From positions 1-29,943 of the forward strand of contig DASZCV010000174.1 in the NCBI GenBank assembly GCA_035942755.1: a DNA stretch of 29,943 nt, in the 5' to 3' direction. A program made the translations under genes and the position numbers. Shown piece after piece: positions 1 to 9,825 of this stretch (positions are counted from its first letter, which is position 1; each line of letters starts with the position of its first letter). This stretch comes from Thermoleophilaceae bacterium (lineage in GTDB: Bacteria; Actinomycetota; Thermoleophilia; Solirubrobacterales; Thermoleophilaceae). A model generated the notes under the pieces. The model was given only the letters and a program-made list of their open reading frames with translations. It was not told the DNA's origin and did no database searches.

Positions 1-482
1 AGGAACTTCCTGTAGTCGGCCTCCTTCGGGAAGGCCTGGCGCTTCTGGTCCTCGAAGGATCGCTTGACCTCGGAGTCGGAGACCTTCACGTCGCGCTCCT
101 CCGCCTCCTGCTGCACCCACTGCGCCTGGATCAGGAACTGCATGACCTCCTGCCTGAGCTGCTCGTACTGCTGCTTGCACTGCTTCTTGAGCGCAGCGTC
201 CTTTGGCTTGGCGCCGCCCTGGGGCGACGGCTGCTTCTTGAGCGCCGCCACGCACCCTTCGAAGTCGGGCGGCTCGGGAATGGCGGATGCCCCGCCCTGG
301 CCCTGACCCCTCGCGGCGTTCTTGAACCAGCGATCGAACTCCTTCTTCGTTATCACCGTGTCGCCGACCTTCGCTACGCCGTTGGCGGGCACGTCGTTGC
401 CGCAGCCGGACACCACCGCGACGGCCGCCACCGCGGCGACGGAAACGAGGGCACGTGAGGGCCTGGTGAATCTGGAGGTCAT
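1..482 (-). CDS. PrsA/SurA-type lipoprotein foldase (peptidyl-prolyl isomerase), 5' part only; runs off the window edge and is absent from the ORF track
   Basis: Manual translation from ATG 482: MTSRFTRPSRALVSVAAVAAVAVVSGCGNDVPANGVAKVGDTVITKKEFDRW...EVMQFLIQAQWVQQEAEERDVKVSDSEVKRSF. Lipobox VSG-C and a SurA-N-like helical segment; located downstream of mfd. Confidence 0.85.
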   Translation of the reverse strand, partial: MTSRFTRPSRALVSVAAVAAVAVVSGCGNDVPANGVAKVGDTVITKKEFDRWFKNAARGQGQGGASAIPEPPDFEGCVAALKKQPSPQGGAKPKDAALKKQCKQQYEQLRQEVMQFLIQAQWVQQEAEERDVKVSDSEVKRSFEDQKRQAFPKEADYRKF

Positions 483-607
483 GTGAGTGGGTATCTACGG
501 TTCGAGTCTCAAGCGCACCTAAGGAAAGGCGCCGTGCTGAGGTTCCGCGGCGCGGCTCGGTGCGGCAGCGGCGCATGGTAGCGAAGGCGGGCGTGAGTGC
601 AGCCACC

Positions 608-903
608 CTACTCGCGCGCGCGCCGGGCACGCAGCGCCCGCCAGCCGAGTGAGAAGAGCAGCGTCAGAACGATCACCGCCGCGAGCTTCTGCTGGTCGTC
701 GTCGAAGGCGAGCGTCGAGATCAGCAGCGCGGCGAGGATCGGCACCAGGAAGTCGGCGCCGTCCACCCCGGACGAATCGCCCTGCTTGCCGAGAAACCTC
801 GACGAGCCCAGCGCCACCGCGGAGAGCGCGACTAGGAAGGCCACGCGAACGTGTCATCGTCTATCAGGAGGATCCCCGCCGCGGCGGCCAGCGCCACGGC
901 CAT
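608..903 (-). pseudogene. Small multi-TM membrane protein, apparently split by a 1-nt frameshift near 845
   Basis: ORF 832-903 (MAVALAAAAGILLIDDDTF...) and ORF 608-844 (VAFLVALSAVALG...LAFDDDQQKLAAVIV...) join into one 98-aa hydrophobic protein if one base is added between 845 and 844. Confidence 0.5.
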
Positions 904-993
904 GGCGAAACGACCCCAACGGCACCGCCTGCCATGACCCTCTTCCGGTTGTGCCTCTGGTGCGGACCGATCGCCGCCGCACCCGGATCGAGA

Positions 994-3900
994 CTACTCG
1001 TCCGCAGGCGCCGATGCCGCTTCCAGGATGGCTTCCGCGGCGGCCACGACGGCCGGGAACCGGGCGGCCGGCTCCGCCGGCACCCTGACCCGCACCGTGC
1101 TGCGGCCCGACTCGTAGACGGCTTCGGGGATCCGCTCGCGCAGGAGCTTGACCCGCCTGGAGTCGAGATCGATCGGAGCCACCGCCAGGCGCCCGCCGAG
1201 GAAGTCGACGGTGCGGGCGCCCGCCCGGCCCAGCTTGATCCGCGCGTTCTGCATCTCGAGCAGGTTGGAGAGGGGAGCGGGCAGGAGCCCGAAGCGGTCC
1301 TCGAGCTCCTCCCTGAGCATGTGAAGGTCGGCGATCTCCCTCGCGCCCGATACGCGGCGGTGGATCTCGATCTTCGCTGCCTCGTAGGGCACGTAGTCGC
1401 CCGGCACGTAGGCGTCCACCGGTACGTCGATGCGCACCGGCTCGGGCGCCTCGTCGGCGGCGTCGCCGCCGAGGGCGTTCACCGCGTCGTCGAGCATCGC
1501 CACGTAGAGCTCGAACCCCACGGCTGCCACATGACCGGACTGCTCGTCGCCGAGGAGGTTGCCCGCGCCGCGGATCTCGAGGTCGCGCATGGCGATCTTG
1601 AAGCCCGACCCGAGCTCCGTGTAGTCGGACAGGGTGGCCAGACGCGCGGCCGCCTCCTGACTGAGCGCAGCGGCGGCCGGGTAGAGCAGGTAGGCGTAGG
1701 CGCGCTCCTTCGAGCGCCCTACCCTCCCCCTGATCTGGTAGAGCTGGGCCAGCCCGAGGTCCTCGGCGCGCTCCACGATCAGCGTGTTGGCGGTCGAGAT
1801 GTCGAGCCCCGACTCGACGATCGTGGTGCACACGAGCACGTCTGTCTCTCCGCGCAGGAACTGGAGCATCACCCGCTCGAGCTGCTTCTCGTCCATCTGG
1901 CCATGGGCCACGGCGACCTCCGCCTCCGGGCACATCGCGCGCACGCGCTCGGCCGTCTCGTCGATCGTGTCCACCCGGTTGTGCAGGAAGAAGGCCTGAC
2001 CCTTGCGCTCCAGCTCGCGCTCGAGCGCCCGTCGCACAAGCTCCTCGTCGTACTCGCCCACGTAGGTCTTCACCGGCCGGCGCCCCTCCGGAGGCGTCTC
2101 GATGACCGAGATGTCCCGCAAACCCGCGAGCGACATCTGCAGCGTCCGCGGTATCGGCGTGGCGCTCAGCGACAGGACGTCCACACGCAGCTTCAGCTGG
2201 CGCAGCAGCTCCTTCTGCTTGACACCGAAGCGCTGCTCCTCGTCCACGATCAGAAGGCCGAGGTCCTTGGGCCGCACGTCCCGCGACAGCAGCCGGTGGG
2301 TGCCGATCATGATGTCCACCTTGCCCTCCTCGTAGTCCTTCAGCGCCGCGCGCGTCTCCTTCGGGGAGCGGAAGCGCGACACCACCTCGATGCGAAACGG
2401 GTAGTCGCGCAACCGCTCGGTGAAGGTCCCGAAGTGCTGCTGGGCGAGCACGGTGGTGGGCACCAGGAACATGACCTGCTTGGAGTCCGCCGCCGCCTTG
2501 AACGCGGCCCGCAGCGCCACCTCGGTCTTGCCGTAGCCCACGTCCCCGCATATCAGCCGGTCCATCGGGCGCGCCTCCTCCATGTCGGCGCGCACGGCCT
2601 CGATCGCCTCGAGCTGGTCGGGAGTCTCACGGAAGGGGAAAGCGCCTTCGAACTCCACCTGCCACTCGCCGTCGGAAGGGAAGGCGTGCCCCGCGCGCCG
2701 CTTGCGCTCGGCGTAGAGGTTGATCAGCTCGCCGGCGAGCGCCTCGGCGGCGCGGCGAGCACGCAGCTTCTGCTGCTCCCACTGCTTGCCGCCGAGCTTT
2801 GACAGCGGGGGATCGCCCGCCTCCGCCCCCACGTAGCGGCTGATCTTGTGGAGCTGGTCTGACGGCACGAATACGCGGTCGCCGTCCCTGAACTCGAGCT
2901 CGAGGTAGTCGCGGGTGACCCCGCCGACCGTCTTGGTCTCAAACCCTGCAAAGCGCGCGACCCCATGGTCCTCGTGAACAACGGGCGACCCCGCGCGCAG
3001 CTCGGTGAATGACGCGAGCGCCCCCGCTCCGGTGCGCGGGCCGGCCGGGCGCTCGGCCCGCCGCCGCAACAGGCGGTGCTCGGGCAGGATCGCAAGCTTC
3101 AGCTGAGGCGAGAGAAAGCCCTCCCGAAGGGCGGCGGCAGCGAAGCAGACACCGGGCTCGTGCGGCGCCGGCCTGCCGTCCAACAGGGCGGCGCGCACGC
3201 GGTCGAGGTTGTAGGCGGCGCGCTCTGCCTCCCCCCGCCGCGCCCATGCCACGACCGTGCGGTACCCGGAGCGCACGAGCTTCTCGAGCTCGGGCTCCGC
3301 TGCCCGCAGCGACCTGGCCGCGGTGTCGGCGGCCTGGGCGCGAAAGGCGTGCGGCTGATCCCCGGAGATGCTCGACAGAAGCAGCGAGGCGCGCGTCTGA
3401 AGGGTCTGCTGCAGGCGCTCGGGCGACACGTAGAGGTGGTGGGCATCGGCGTCATGGAAGCTCGTGGTCACGTCCTCCCAGTAGTCGCGCAGCGCCGGCG
3501 CCAGCTCCTCCTCGGCCGCCACGGCCACGAGGCTCTCGCGGGGCAGCAGCTCGAGCAGCTCGCCGAAACGCTCCACCGGCAGCAGCTCCGCTATGTCCGG
3601 GCGGTCCTCCGCCTCGCTCTCGGCAGCCATCTCGGCCAGCTCGCGGTGCTCCGGCGAGAGCTCGGCCGCCGGCTCGATCGCCACGTGCTCGACCTCCTCG
3701 AGCGCGCGCTGGGTGAAGGTGGAGAAGAAGGTGAGCCGCTCCACCTCCACATCGAAGAGCTCGCAGCGCACCGCGCGCTCCTCGGTGGCGGGATAGACGT
3801 CGAGGATGTCGCCGCGTAGCGCGAACTGACCGCGCTCCTCGACCTGGTCGGTGCGCTCGTAGCCGCAGGCCACGAGCTGGGCGGCGGTCTCCTCGAGGTC

Positions 3901-4356
3901 GAGCAGTCCGCCCTTCTCGATCCGGAACCCGTGTGGACGCAGCTCCGGGGCAGGCACCTTCTCGGCGAGCGCCACGGCGCTGACCACCACCACGGCCGCG
4001 CCCTCTCCGGCGCTCGCCGCGCCGAGCAGCGCGTCGAGCGCTGCGATCCGCAGGCCGACCAGGTGCGGCGGCGGGGCGAGATGCGACTCGTACTGCACCC
4101 CCCGGGACGGGTAGAGGTGCACGGGCCGGGGGCTCAGGAACTGCTTGAGGTCGGCCGCCAGGTCGCGGGCCGCGCGGTCGTCTCCCGCCACCACGAGCGC
4201 CGGGCGCCCGGGCTCGAGGTCCAGCAGCGAGGCCACCAGATATGGGCGCAGGCTGGCCGACACGAACGCGCTCTGGGGGCTCTGCTGCGCCGCGGCGCTG
4301 AGGGCGTCGACGGCGGAATCCTCGTGGGCGTATGTGAGTAGCTGGCGCAGGGACAT
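994..4356 (-). CDS. mfd: Transcription-repair coupling factor Mfd
   Basis: UvrB-like N-terminus, CarD/RID region, SF2 helicase motifs (GDVGYGKT, DEEQRFG, ATPIPRT, QIRGRVGR) and TRCF C-terminus. Start MSLRQ at ATG 4356 preferred; GTG 4407 is possible. Confidence 0.98.
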   Translation of the reverse strand: MSLRQLLTYAHEDSAVDALSAAAQQSPQSAFVSASLRPYLVASLLDLEPGRPALVVAGDDRAARDLAADLKQFLSPRPVHLYPSRGVQYESHLAPPPHLVGLRIAALDALLGAASAGEGAAVVVVSAVALAEKVPAPELRPHGFRIEKGGLLDLEETAAQLVACGYERTDQVEERGQFALRGDILDVYPATEERAVRCELFDVEVERLTFFSTFTQRALEEVEHVAIEPAAELSPEHRELAEMAAESEAEDRPDIAELLPVERFGELLELLPRESLVAVAAEEELAPALRDYWEDVTTSFHDADAHHLYVSPERLQQTLQTRASLLLSSISGDQPHAFRAQAADTAARSLRAAEPELEKLVRSGYRTVVAWARRGEAERAAYNLDRVRAALLDGRPAPHEPGVCFAAAALREGFLSPQLKLAILPEHRLLRRRAERPAGPRTGAGALASFTELRAGSPVVHEDHGVARFAGFETKTVGGVTRDYLELEFRDGDRVFVPSDQLHKISRYVGAEAGDPPLSKLGGKQWEQQKLRARRAAEALAGELINLYAERKRRAGHAFPSDGEWQVEFEGAFPFRETPDQLEAIEAVRADMEEARPMDRLICGDVGYGKTEVALRAAFKAAADSKQVMFLVPTTVLAQQHFGTFTERLRDYPFRIEVVSRFRSPKETRAALKDYEEGKVDIMIGTHRLLSRDVRPKDLGLLIVDEEQRFGVKQKELLRQLKLRVDVLSLSATPIPRTLQMSLAGLRDISVIETPPEGRRPVKTYVGEYDEELVRRALERELERKGQAFFLHNRVDTIDETAERVRAMCPEAEVAVAHGQMDEKQLERVMLQFLRGETDVLVCTTIVESGLDISTANTLIVERAEDLGLAQLYQIRGRVGRSKERAYAYLLYPAAAALSQEAAARLATLSDYTELGSGFKIAMRDLEIRGAGNLLGDEQSGHVAAVGFELYVAMLDDAVNALGGDAADEAPEPVRIDVPVDAYVPGDYVPYEAAKIEIHRRVSGAREIADLHMLREELEDRFGLLPAPLSNLLEMQNARIKLGRAGARTVDFLGGRLAVAPIDLDSRRVKLLRERIPEAVYESGRSTVRVRVPAEPAARFPAVVAAAEAILEAASAPADE

Positions 4357-4429
4357 GGGCACGCAAAGCGGCCGCCCGGCGAAGCCGCGCGGCCCAATGC
4401 CCTCCACGTGTCAGGGCACGGGCAGGATT

Positions 4430-5044
4430 CTAGAGAGCCGGCGCCGCGCCGATCAGCCGCTCGAGCTCGTCCGCGGCACGCGCGACGAGGGTCTCCACCT
4501 CGTCCCGCGACTCGCTGAAGCGACCCAGCACATGGGCCGAGACGATCTCCGGATCGGTGGAGTCGGGGCGGCCGACGCCCACCCGGATCCGGTGGAAGTC
4601 GGCGCTGCCGAGCTCGCGCTTGAGCGACTTCAGCCCGTTGTGTCCGGCCAGGCCGCCGCCGAGGCGCGCCTCGACGCGACCGAAGGGCAGGTCGATCTCG
4701 TCGTGGACGGCCACCACACGGTCGAGGTCCACCCCCACCGCTCCGCGCGCCGGGCCGGCGGAGCGGCCCGAGTCGTTCATGAAGGTCTGGGGGAGGAGGA
4801 CGCCCACCCGCGGCCCACCTGGGCCCGTGCGGCCGTCGGTGTAGAGGCCCGCGTAGCGCTTCTTCGCACGCGGTAGCGCCCACCTCTCGGCGGCCAGGGC
4901 GGCCACCTCGAAGCCCACGTTGTGGCGCGTCCTGGCGTATTCGCTGCCGGGGTTGCCGAGACCGACGATCAGCCAGTCGACCTTGCCACCGCTACCCCGA
5001 CCGCCCGGCTTGGCCTCCGCCGCCTCGCGGCGGAACACCGCCAT
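4430..5044 (-). CDS. pth: Peptidyl-tRNA hydrolase
   Basis: LIVGLGNPG, TRHNVGF, PQTFMNDSG, VHDEIDL, GHNGLKS and RIRVGVGRP motifs. Confidence 0.97.
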   Translation of the reverse strand: MAVFRREAAEAKPGGRGSGGKVDWLIVGLGNPGSEYARTRHNVGFEVAALAAERWALPRAKKRYAGLYTDGRTGPGGPRVGVLLPQTFMNDSGRSAGPARGAVGVDLDRVVAVHDEIDLPFGRVEARLGGGLAGHNGLKSLKRELGSADFHRIRVGVGRPDSTDPEIVSAHVLGRFSESRDEVETLVARAADELERLIGAAPAL

Positions 5045-5053
5045 GGAGGCGCG

Positions 5054-5740
5054 CTACTCGTCGCCGCCGGAGGAGCCTTCGTCGCCCTCGGCGGCGGCCT
5101 CTGCCTCTTCGCCGGTCTCGCCAGCCTCGCCCACGATCCCGGTCTCCTCCTCGATGTCCGCCTCCTCCTCGACCGTGGGCGGGACGAGCGTTGCGATCGT
5201 GGTCTCCTCGAGGTCGTCCAGCAGCTCCACGCCCGCCTCGGCCTTCACCTCCGAGAGGTTCAGTGTCGAGCCGATGTCCATGTGGGAGACGTCCACGACT
5301 ATGCGCTCCGGGATGTCCGTGGGCAGCGCCTCGATGTTCAGCTCGCGGGGGACCTGGTCGAGCACGCCGCCCTCCTTGACTCCGGGAGAGTCCTCGACGC
5401 CCTGGAGGTCGACGGCCACGGTGGCGTGGATCTTCTCGTCGAGGCGAACCTCGAGGAAGTCGACGTGCATGACGTCACCGCGAACCGGGTGCACCTGCTG
5501 GTCCTTCAGGATCGCGGGCACCGGCTTCTCCTCGCCGATCCTCACATCGATCAGCGCCGAGCCGTCCACCAGCACGCTGCGCAGCTCGCGATGGTTGACC
5601 TTGAAGGTCACGGTCTCGTCGTGGCTGCCCCCGTAGAGGATGCCCGGGATCAGGCCCTCGCGGCGAAGTCGCCGGGTCTGCCGCGAGCCACGCTCGGAGC
5701 GCTCTTGGACGTTCAGGGAAGGGCGATCGTTGTCTGCCAT
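5054..5740 (-). CDS. rplY: 50S ribosomal protein L25 / general stress protein Ctc
   Basis: From ATG 5740: RRLRREGLIPGILYG, QVHPVRGDVMHVDFL, GVKEGGVLDQ, ALPTDIPERIVVDVS and an acidic tail. The track ORF (to 6775) is over-extended. Confidence 0.96.
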   Translation of the reverse strand: MADNDRPSLNVQERSERGSRQTRRLRREGLIPGILYGGSHDETVTFKVNHRELRSVLVDGSALIDVRIGEEKPVPAILKDQQVHPVRGDVMHVDFLEVRLDEKIHATVAVDLQGVEDSPGVKEGGVLDQVPRELNIEALPTDIPERIVVDVSHMDIGSTLNLSEVKAEAGVELLDDLEETTIATLVPPTVEEEADIEEETGIVGEAGETGEEAEAAAEGDEGSSGGDE

Positions 5741-5785
5741 GGGGCCGGCCAGTGTAGCGGGGGCGCGCTCTACCCTGTGGTGCCC

Positions 5786-7207
5786 ATGACCTCCGACGAC
5801 CGCGAGATCCCCAAGGGAAGGGTCCGCCGCACCGCCCAGGTGGGCTCGGTGATCGGAGGGCAGGGCGCCCGCTATGCCGGGACGCGGGCGGCCAACATCG
5901 CCCGCTCGAAGGAGCGCGCCGCCGCGCAGATCGACAAGCGCCACCTCGAGGCCGCCGAGCGGATGGTGGACACGCTCGGAACGATGAAGGGCGCGGCCAT
6001 GAAGATCGGCCAGCTCGCCTCCTTCATCGACACGGACTTCCTGCCGGAGGAGTACCGGGAGCTCTACCAGGACAAGCTGGCCAACCTGCGCAGCTCCGCA
6101 CCGCCGATGTCCTGGCAGCAGGTCAAGGGCGTGCTCGAGGAGGAATGGGAGGACCCCGTCGAGGAGCTCTTCGAGGACTTCGAGCACCACGCCGCGGCGG
6201 CCGCCTCGATCGGCCAGGTGCACCGGGCGACGCTTCCGGACGGGCGGGCCGTGGCCGTGAAGATCCAGTACCCGGGAGTGGCCGAGGCGCTGCGGGCCGA
6301 CATGCAGAACGCCACGATGCTCATGCGCCTGGCCAAGGCCATCGCCCCGGGCCTCGACGCAAAGGCGGCGGCCGCCGAGCTCAAGGAGAGAGTGCTGGAG
6401 GAGCTCGACTACGAGTACGAGGCCCAGAACCAGCGCGCCTTCGCACGGGGTTATCGCGGCCATCCGTTCATCCACGTGCCCGACGTGATCACCCGCCTGT
6501 CCCGCCGCCGCGTGCTGGTCACCGAGTGGGTCGACGGCGTGGGCTTCGACGAGGTGAAGGCACTCCCCCAGGCGGAGAAGGACCGCTTCGCTGAGATCGT
6601 CTTTCGCTTCTGCTTTGGCTCGATCTACCACCTCCAGCACTTCAACGCCGACGCGCACCCGGGCAACTACGTCCTCATGGACGACGGCAAGGTGGCCTTT
6701 CTCGACTTCGGGATGACCAAGCACCTCGACAAGGAGCAGATCGAGCTCGAGATCGCGGCGCTCGAGGCCGTGCACGACGCAGACCCCGAGCGTCTACGCG
6801 TGGCACTGCACGACCTGGGCTTCTTGAACCACCCCAGGAAGGTGGACGCGGAGAAGCTGATGGCGCACGTGCTGGCCGTGGGTGGCTGGTACATGCAGGA
6901 CCGCGAGATCACGATCGACTCGGCCCTGGTGATGGAGTCGATCTCCGCGGTCTCCGACCCGCGCTCGGAGTTCTTCGACGTGGTACGGCGCGAGAACGTG
7001 CCGGCCAACGAGTTGATGGGCCGCCGGATGGAGGTCGGCGTCCTTGCGGTGCTGGGACAGCTCTCCGCCACGCGTAACTGGTACGCGATCGGTCGCGAGT
7101 GGTGGTTCGCGGACGAGCCCGCCACCGAGCTCGGCCGGCAGGAGCGGGCCTACTTCGAGTCGCGCGGCGAGCGGCGCGTGCGCCGGTTCTCCGCGCGCGA
7201 GGGCTAG
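5786..7207 (+). CDS. ABC1/AarF/UbiB-family atypical kinase
   Basis: MKGAAMKIGQ, AAASIGQVHRA, VAVKIQYPG, ADAHPGN and DFG motifs. Start MTSDDREIPKG at ATG 5786. Confidence 0.93.
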   Translation: MTSDDREIPKGRVRRTAQVGSVIGGQGARYAGTRAANIARSKERAAAQIDKRHLEAAERMVDTLGTMKGAAMKIGQLASFIDTDFLPEEYRELYQDKLANLRSSAPPMSWQQVKGVLEEEWEDPVEELFEDFEHHAAAAASIGQVHRATLPDGRAVAVKIQYPGVAEALRADMQNATMLMRLAKAIAPGLDAKAAAAELKERVLEELDYEYEAQNQRAFARGYRGHPFIHVPDVITRLSRRRVLVTEWVDGVGFDEVKALPQAEKDRFAEIVFRFCFGSIYHLQHFNADAHPGNYVLMDDGKVAFLDFGMTKHLDKEQIELEIAALEAVHDADPERLRVALHDLGFLNHPRKVDAEKLMAHVLAVGGWYMQDREITIDSALVMESISAVSDPRSEFFDVVRRENVPANELMGRRMEVGVLAVLGQLSATRNWYAIGREWWFADEPATELGRQERAYFESRGERRVRRFSAREG

Positions 7208-7219
7208 TCGCGTCTCGGG

Positions 7220-8269
7220 CTAGAAGAGCTGATTCTCACCCTGGAAGATCTCAGACACCGAGTCGTCGGTGAAGATCTTGCGGACGGTGTCGGTGAGGAT
7301 GTCGGCCGTCGTCAGAACGCGGATGCTGTCGGGGGGGTCCTCCCGCAGCGGCACGGTGTCCGTGACCACGATCCCGGACAGGGGCGAGTCGGCCAGCGTC
7401 TCGAATGCGTTGCCCGAGAAGACGCCGTGGGTGGCCACGGCGTACACCTCCTTGGCTCCCTCGTCCATTACCGTCTCCGCCGCGGCCCTCAGCGTTCCGC
7501 CGGTGTCGATGATGTCGTCGACGATCACGGCGATCTGGCCCTCGACGTCGCCGATCACGTAGCCCGTCTCGGCCACCTGGTGCTCGGGCCGCTCCTTCTC
7601 GAGGAGGGCGTAGGGGCGGTCGACCTTCTGGGCGAACTTGCGCACGAGCTTCACTCGGCCGGCGTCCGGGGCGATGATCACCAGGTTCTCGGTGCCGAGC
7701 TGGTCCTTCACGAACTGCGTGAGGATCGGCATCGCGGTCATGTGATCGACGGGCTTGGAGAAGAAGCCCTGCATCTGACCGGCGTGCAGGTCCATCGCCA
7801 CGAGCCGGTCGATGCCCGCCGTCTCGAGCAGTTCCGCGATCAGCCGGGCGGATATGGGCTCACGCGGCGCCGACTTCTTGTCCTGGCGCGAGTAGCCGTA
7901 CCAGGGGGTCACCGCGATGATCCGGTGCGCGGAGGCCTGCTTTGCCGCGTGGACCATGACCAGTAGCTCCATCACCGCGTCGTTGACGGTCAGGCCCTCG
8001 CTGTCGGAGGCACAGGTGGACTGCACGATGAACAGGTCCGCGCCGCGGATCGAGTCCGCGTAGCGGCAGTACACCTCGCCGTCGGAGAAGGTCTTCAGCC
8101 CTGCCTGGGTCAGGCCGACCTCCAGCCGGTCCGCGATCTTGGCGCCCAGGTCGAGGCTCGCACGGCCGGCGACGATCCTCAGCCGCTTGTCGTAGCCGGC
8201 GGTGATGTAGCTGCCGGCGGCCGGCGGACTCGCCTCTTGACCGGCTGCGGACTCGTCGAGGATGCTCAT
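7220..8269 (-). CDS. prs: Ribose-phosphate pyrophosphokinase
   Basis: FSDGE, PWYGYSRQDKK, DLHAGQ, PDAGRV and IVDDIIDTGGT motifs. ATGA overlap with the glmU stop codon. Confidence 0.97.
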   Translation of the reverse strand: MSILDESAAGQEASPPAAGSYITAGYDKRLRIVAGRASLDLGAKIADRLEVGLTQAGLKTFSDGEVYCRYADSIRGADLFIVQSTCASDSEGLTVNDAVMELLVMVHAAKQASAHRIIAVTPWYGYSRQDKKSAPREPISARLIAELLETAGIDRLVAMDLHAGQMQGFFSKPVDHMTAMPILTQFVKDQLGTENLVIIAPDAGRVKLVRKFAQKVDRPYALLEKERPEHQVAETGYVIGDVEGQIAVIVDDIIDTGGTLRAAAETVMDEGAKEVYAVATHGVFSGNAFETLADSPLSGIVVTDTVPLREDPPDSIRVLTTADILTDTVRKIFTDDSVSEIFQGENQLF

Positions 8270-9642
8270 CCGCGCTCCTTCTCGACCCGCTCGGCGTATC
8301 CCTCGACGTTCTTCTGCTCCGGCCTTGAGATGCCGAGCGCTCCATCTGGCACGTCGTCGGTGATCACGGCCCCCGCGGCAATATACGCGCCCTCGCCGAC
8401 GCTCACGGGAGCGACGTAGGAGGCGTTCACGCCGGTCTTGGCCCCCTTGCCGATCACGGTGCGGTGCTTGGCGAACCCGTCGTAGTTGGCGGTGATGTTG
8501 CCGGCCGCGACGTTGGCCCCCTCGCCCACGTCGGTGTCGCCGAGGTAGGACAGGTGCGGCACTTTCGCGCCCGCCCCGATCTCCGAGTTCTTGACCTCCA
8601 CGAAGGTGCCGATCTTGGCCGCCTCGCCGATGTGGGCGCCAGGGCGAAGGTACGCGAACGGCCCCAGCGAGACACGGTCCTCGACCGCCGCCTGCACGAG
8701 AAAGGAGTGGGTGGCCGTCACGTGGTCTCCGAGCGTGCTGTCTGTGATCGTGGTGGCGGGACCGAGGGTGCAGCCCTCGCCGACGCGCGTCGCCCCGCGC
8801 AGCGTCACCCCCGGGCCTACGGTGGTGTCCTGTCCGATCTGGACGTCCGCCTCGACGCGGATCGACTCGGGCGCCAGGAAGCTCACCCCGGCCCGCGCGT
8901 GATGCTCGAGCAGCCGCCGCTGGGCAAGCCGCTCGGCTTCCATCAGCCCGACGCGGTCGTTCACTCCGACGGCGCTCGAGACGTCGCGGGTCAGATGGGT
9001 GATCACCGGCTTTCCGCTCCCGCGTAGCAGAGGGAAGACGCCGGTCAGGTAGCGCTCTCCACGCTCCTCGGCGACCGCGTCGAGCGCTTCCCACAAGTCG
9101 CCGGCCTCGAAGACGTAGGTGCCGAGGTTGACCTCCCGTATGGCGAGCTCGTCCTGGCTCAGCCCCTCCGTGTACTTGGTCTCGACGATCCGGTCGACGG
9201 CACCGTCGGCGCCGCGCACGATCCGCCCGTACCCGGCCGGATCGAGCTCGTCGGTGGTGAGGATCGTGGCCGCAGCGCCGTGATGATGATGGGTTGCAAT
9301 CAGCTCGGCGATCAGCTCAGCCGAGATGAGCGGGTGGTCGCCCGAGAGCACCACCACGGCGCCCGTGGTGCCGCCTGCGTCGCGAGCGGCGAGCACCGCC
9401 GCGCCCGTGCCCTCACCCTCGCGCTGCTCTGCCACCGTGACGCCCTCGGGGAGGCCCGCCGCCACTCCATCACCCCGCCGCGTCACGCACACCACCTCGG
9501 CCGCCCCCGCCGCTCGCGCGGCATCGATCACCCATTGCACCATCGGCTTGCCGCAGATGGGGTGGAGCACCTTGGGCATCGAGGAGCGCATGCGAGTGCC
9601 GCGCCCGGCGGCCATCACGAGCACGGTGAACCGCTCGGTCAT
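8266..9642 (-). CDS. glmU: Bifunctional UDP-GlcNAc pyrophosphorylase / glucosamine-1-phosphate acetyltransferase
   Basis: MAAGRGTRMRS, KVLHPICGKPM, GTGAAV, hexapeptide left-handed beta-helix, GPFAYLRPG, HLSYLGD and NYDGFAKH motifs. Confidence 0.97.
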   Translation of the reverse strand: MTERFTVLVMAAGRGTRMRSSMPKVLHPICGKPMVQWVIDAARAAGAAEVVCVTRRGDGVAAGLPEGVTVAEQREGEGTGAAVLAARDAGGTTGAVVVLSGDHPLISAELIAELIATHHHHGAAATILTTDELDPAGYGRIVRGADGAVDRIVETKYTEGLSQDELAIREVNLGTYVFEAGDLWEALDAVAEERGERYLTGVFPLLRGSGKPVITHLTRDVSSAVGVNDRVGLMEAERLAQRRLLEHHARAGVSFLAPESIRVEADVQIGQDTTVGPGVTLRGATRVGEGCTLGPATTITDSTLGDHVTATHSFLVQAAVEDRVSLGPFAYLRPGAHIGEAAKIGTFVEVKNSEIGAGAKVPHLSYLGDTDVGEGANVAAGNITANYDGFAKHRTVIGKGAKTGVNASYVAPVSVGEGAYIAAGAVITDDVPDGALGISRPEQKNVEGYAERVEKERG

Positions 9643-9725
9643 CGGACGGGCAGGGTACTGCGGGCCGGCCCTGAGTGCGCCCGGCTGCGCGCAGGCCGCT
9701 CGTAGAGCGCTCGGACGGATGTGAG

Positions 9726-9796
9726 CTGGGGAGCCCGGATTTGAACCGGGACGAGAGGCTCCAAAGGCCCCCATGCTGCCGTTACATCACTCCCCA
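9726..9796 (-). tRNA. tRNA-Gln(UUG), 3' CCA not encoded
   Basis: Cloverleaf TGGGGAG-TG-ATGT-AACGGCA-GCAT-G-GGGGC-CT-TTG-GA-GCCTC-TCGT-CCCGG-TTCAAAT-CCGGG-CTCCCCA-G. U1:A72 pair; followed by CTC rather than CCA. Confidence 0.97.
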
Positions 9797-9825
9797 GGGA
9801 CTCCAGCGAAGGTACCGCAACCCTG

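Noticed and set aside
649-2802. 717-aa plus-strand ORF and similar long ORFs (e.g. 15507-17597 N-part, 4922-5785, 20357-22096, 23581-24924, 24359-25609)
   Set aside because: Antisense or off-frame shadows of real genes. High GC suppresses stop codons, and the translations are Arg/Pro/Gly-rich with no motifs.
7220-9094. 624-aa ORF suggesting a GlmU-Prs fusion
   Set aside because: The N-terminal 275 aa are an off-frame shadow of glmU. prs starts at ATG 8269 with an ATGA overlap.
9726-9796. tRNA-Gln as an island integration site
   Set aside because: No integrase, no duplicated tRNA 3' end seen, and the flanking genes are core genes.
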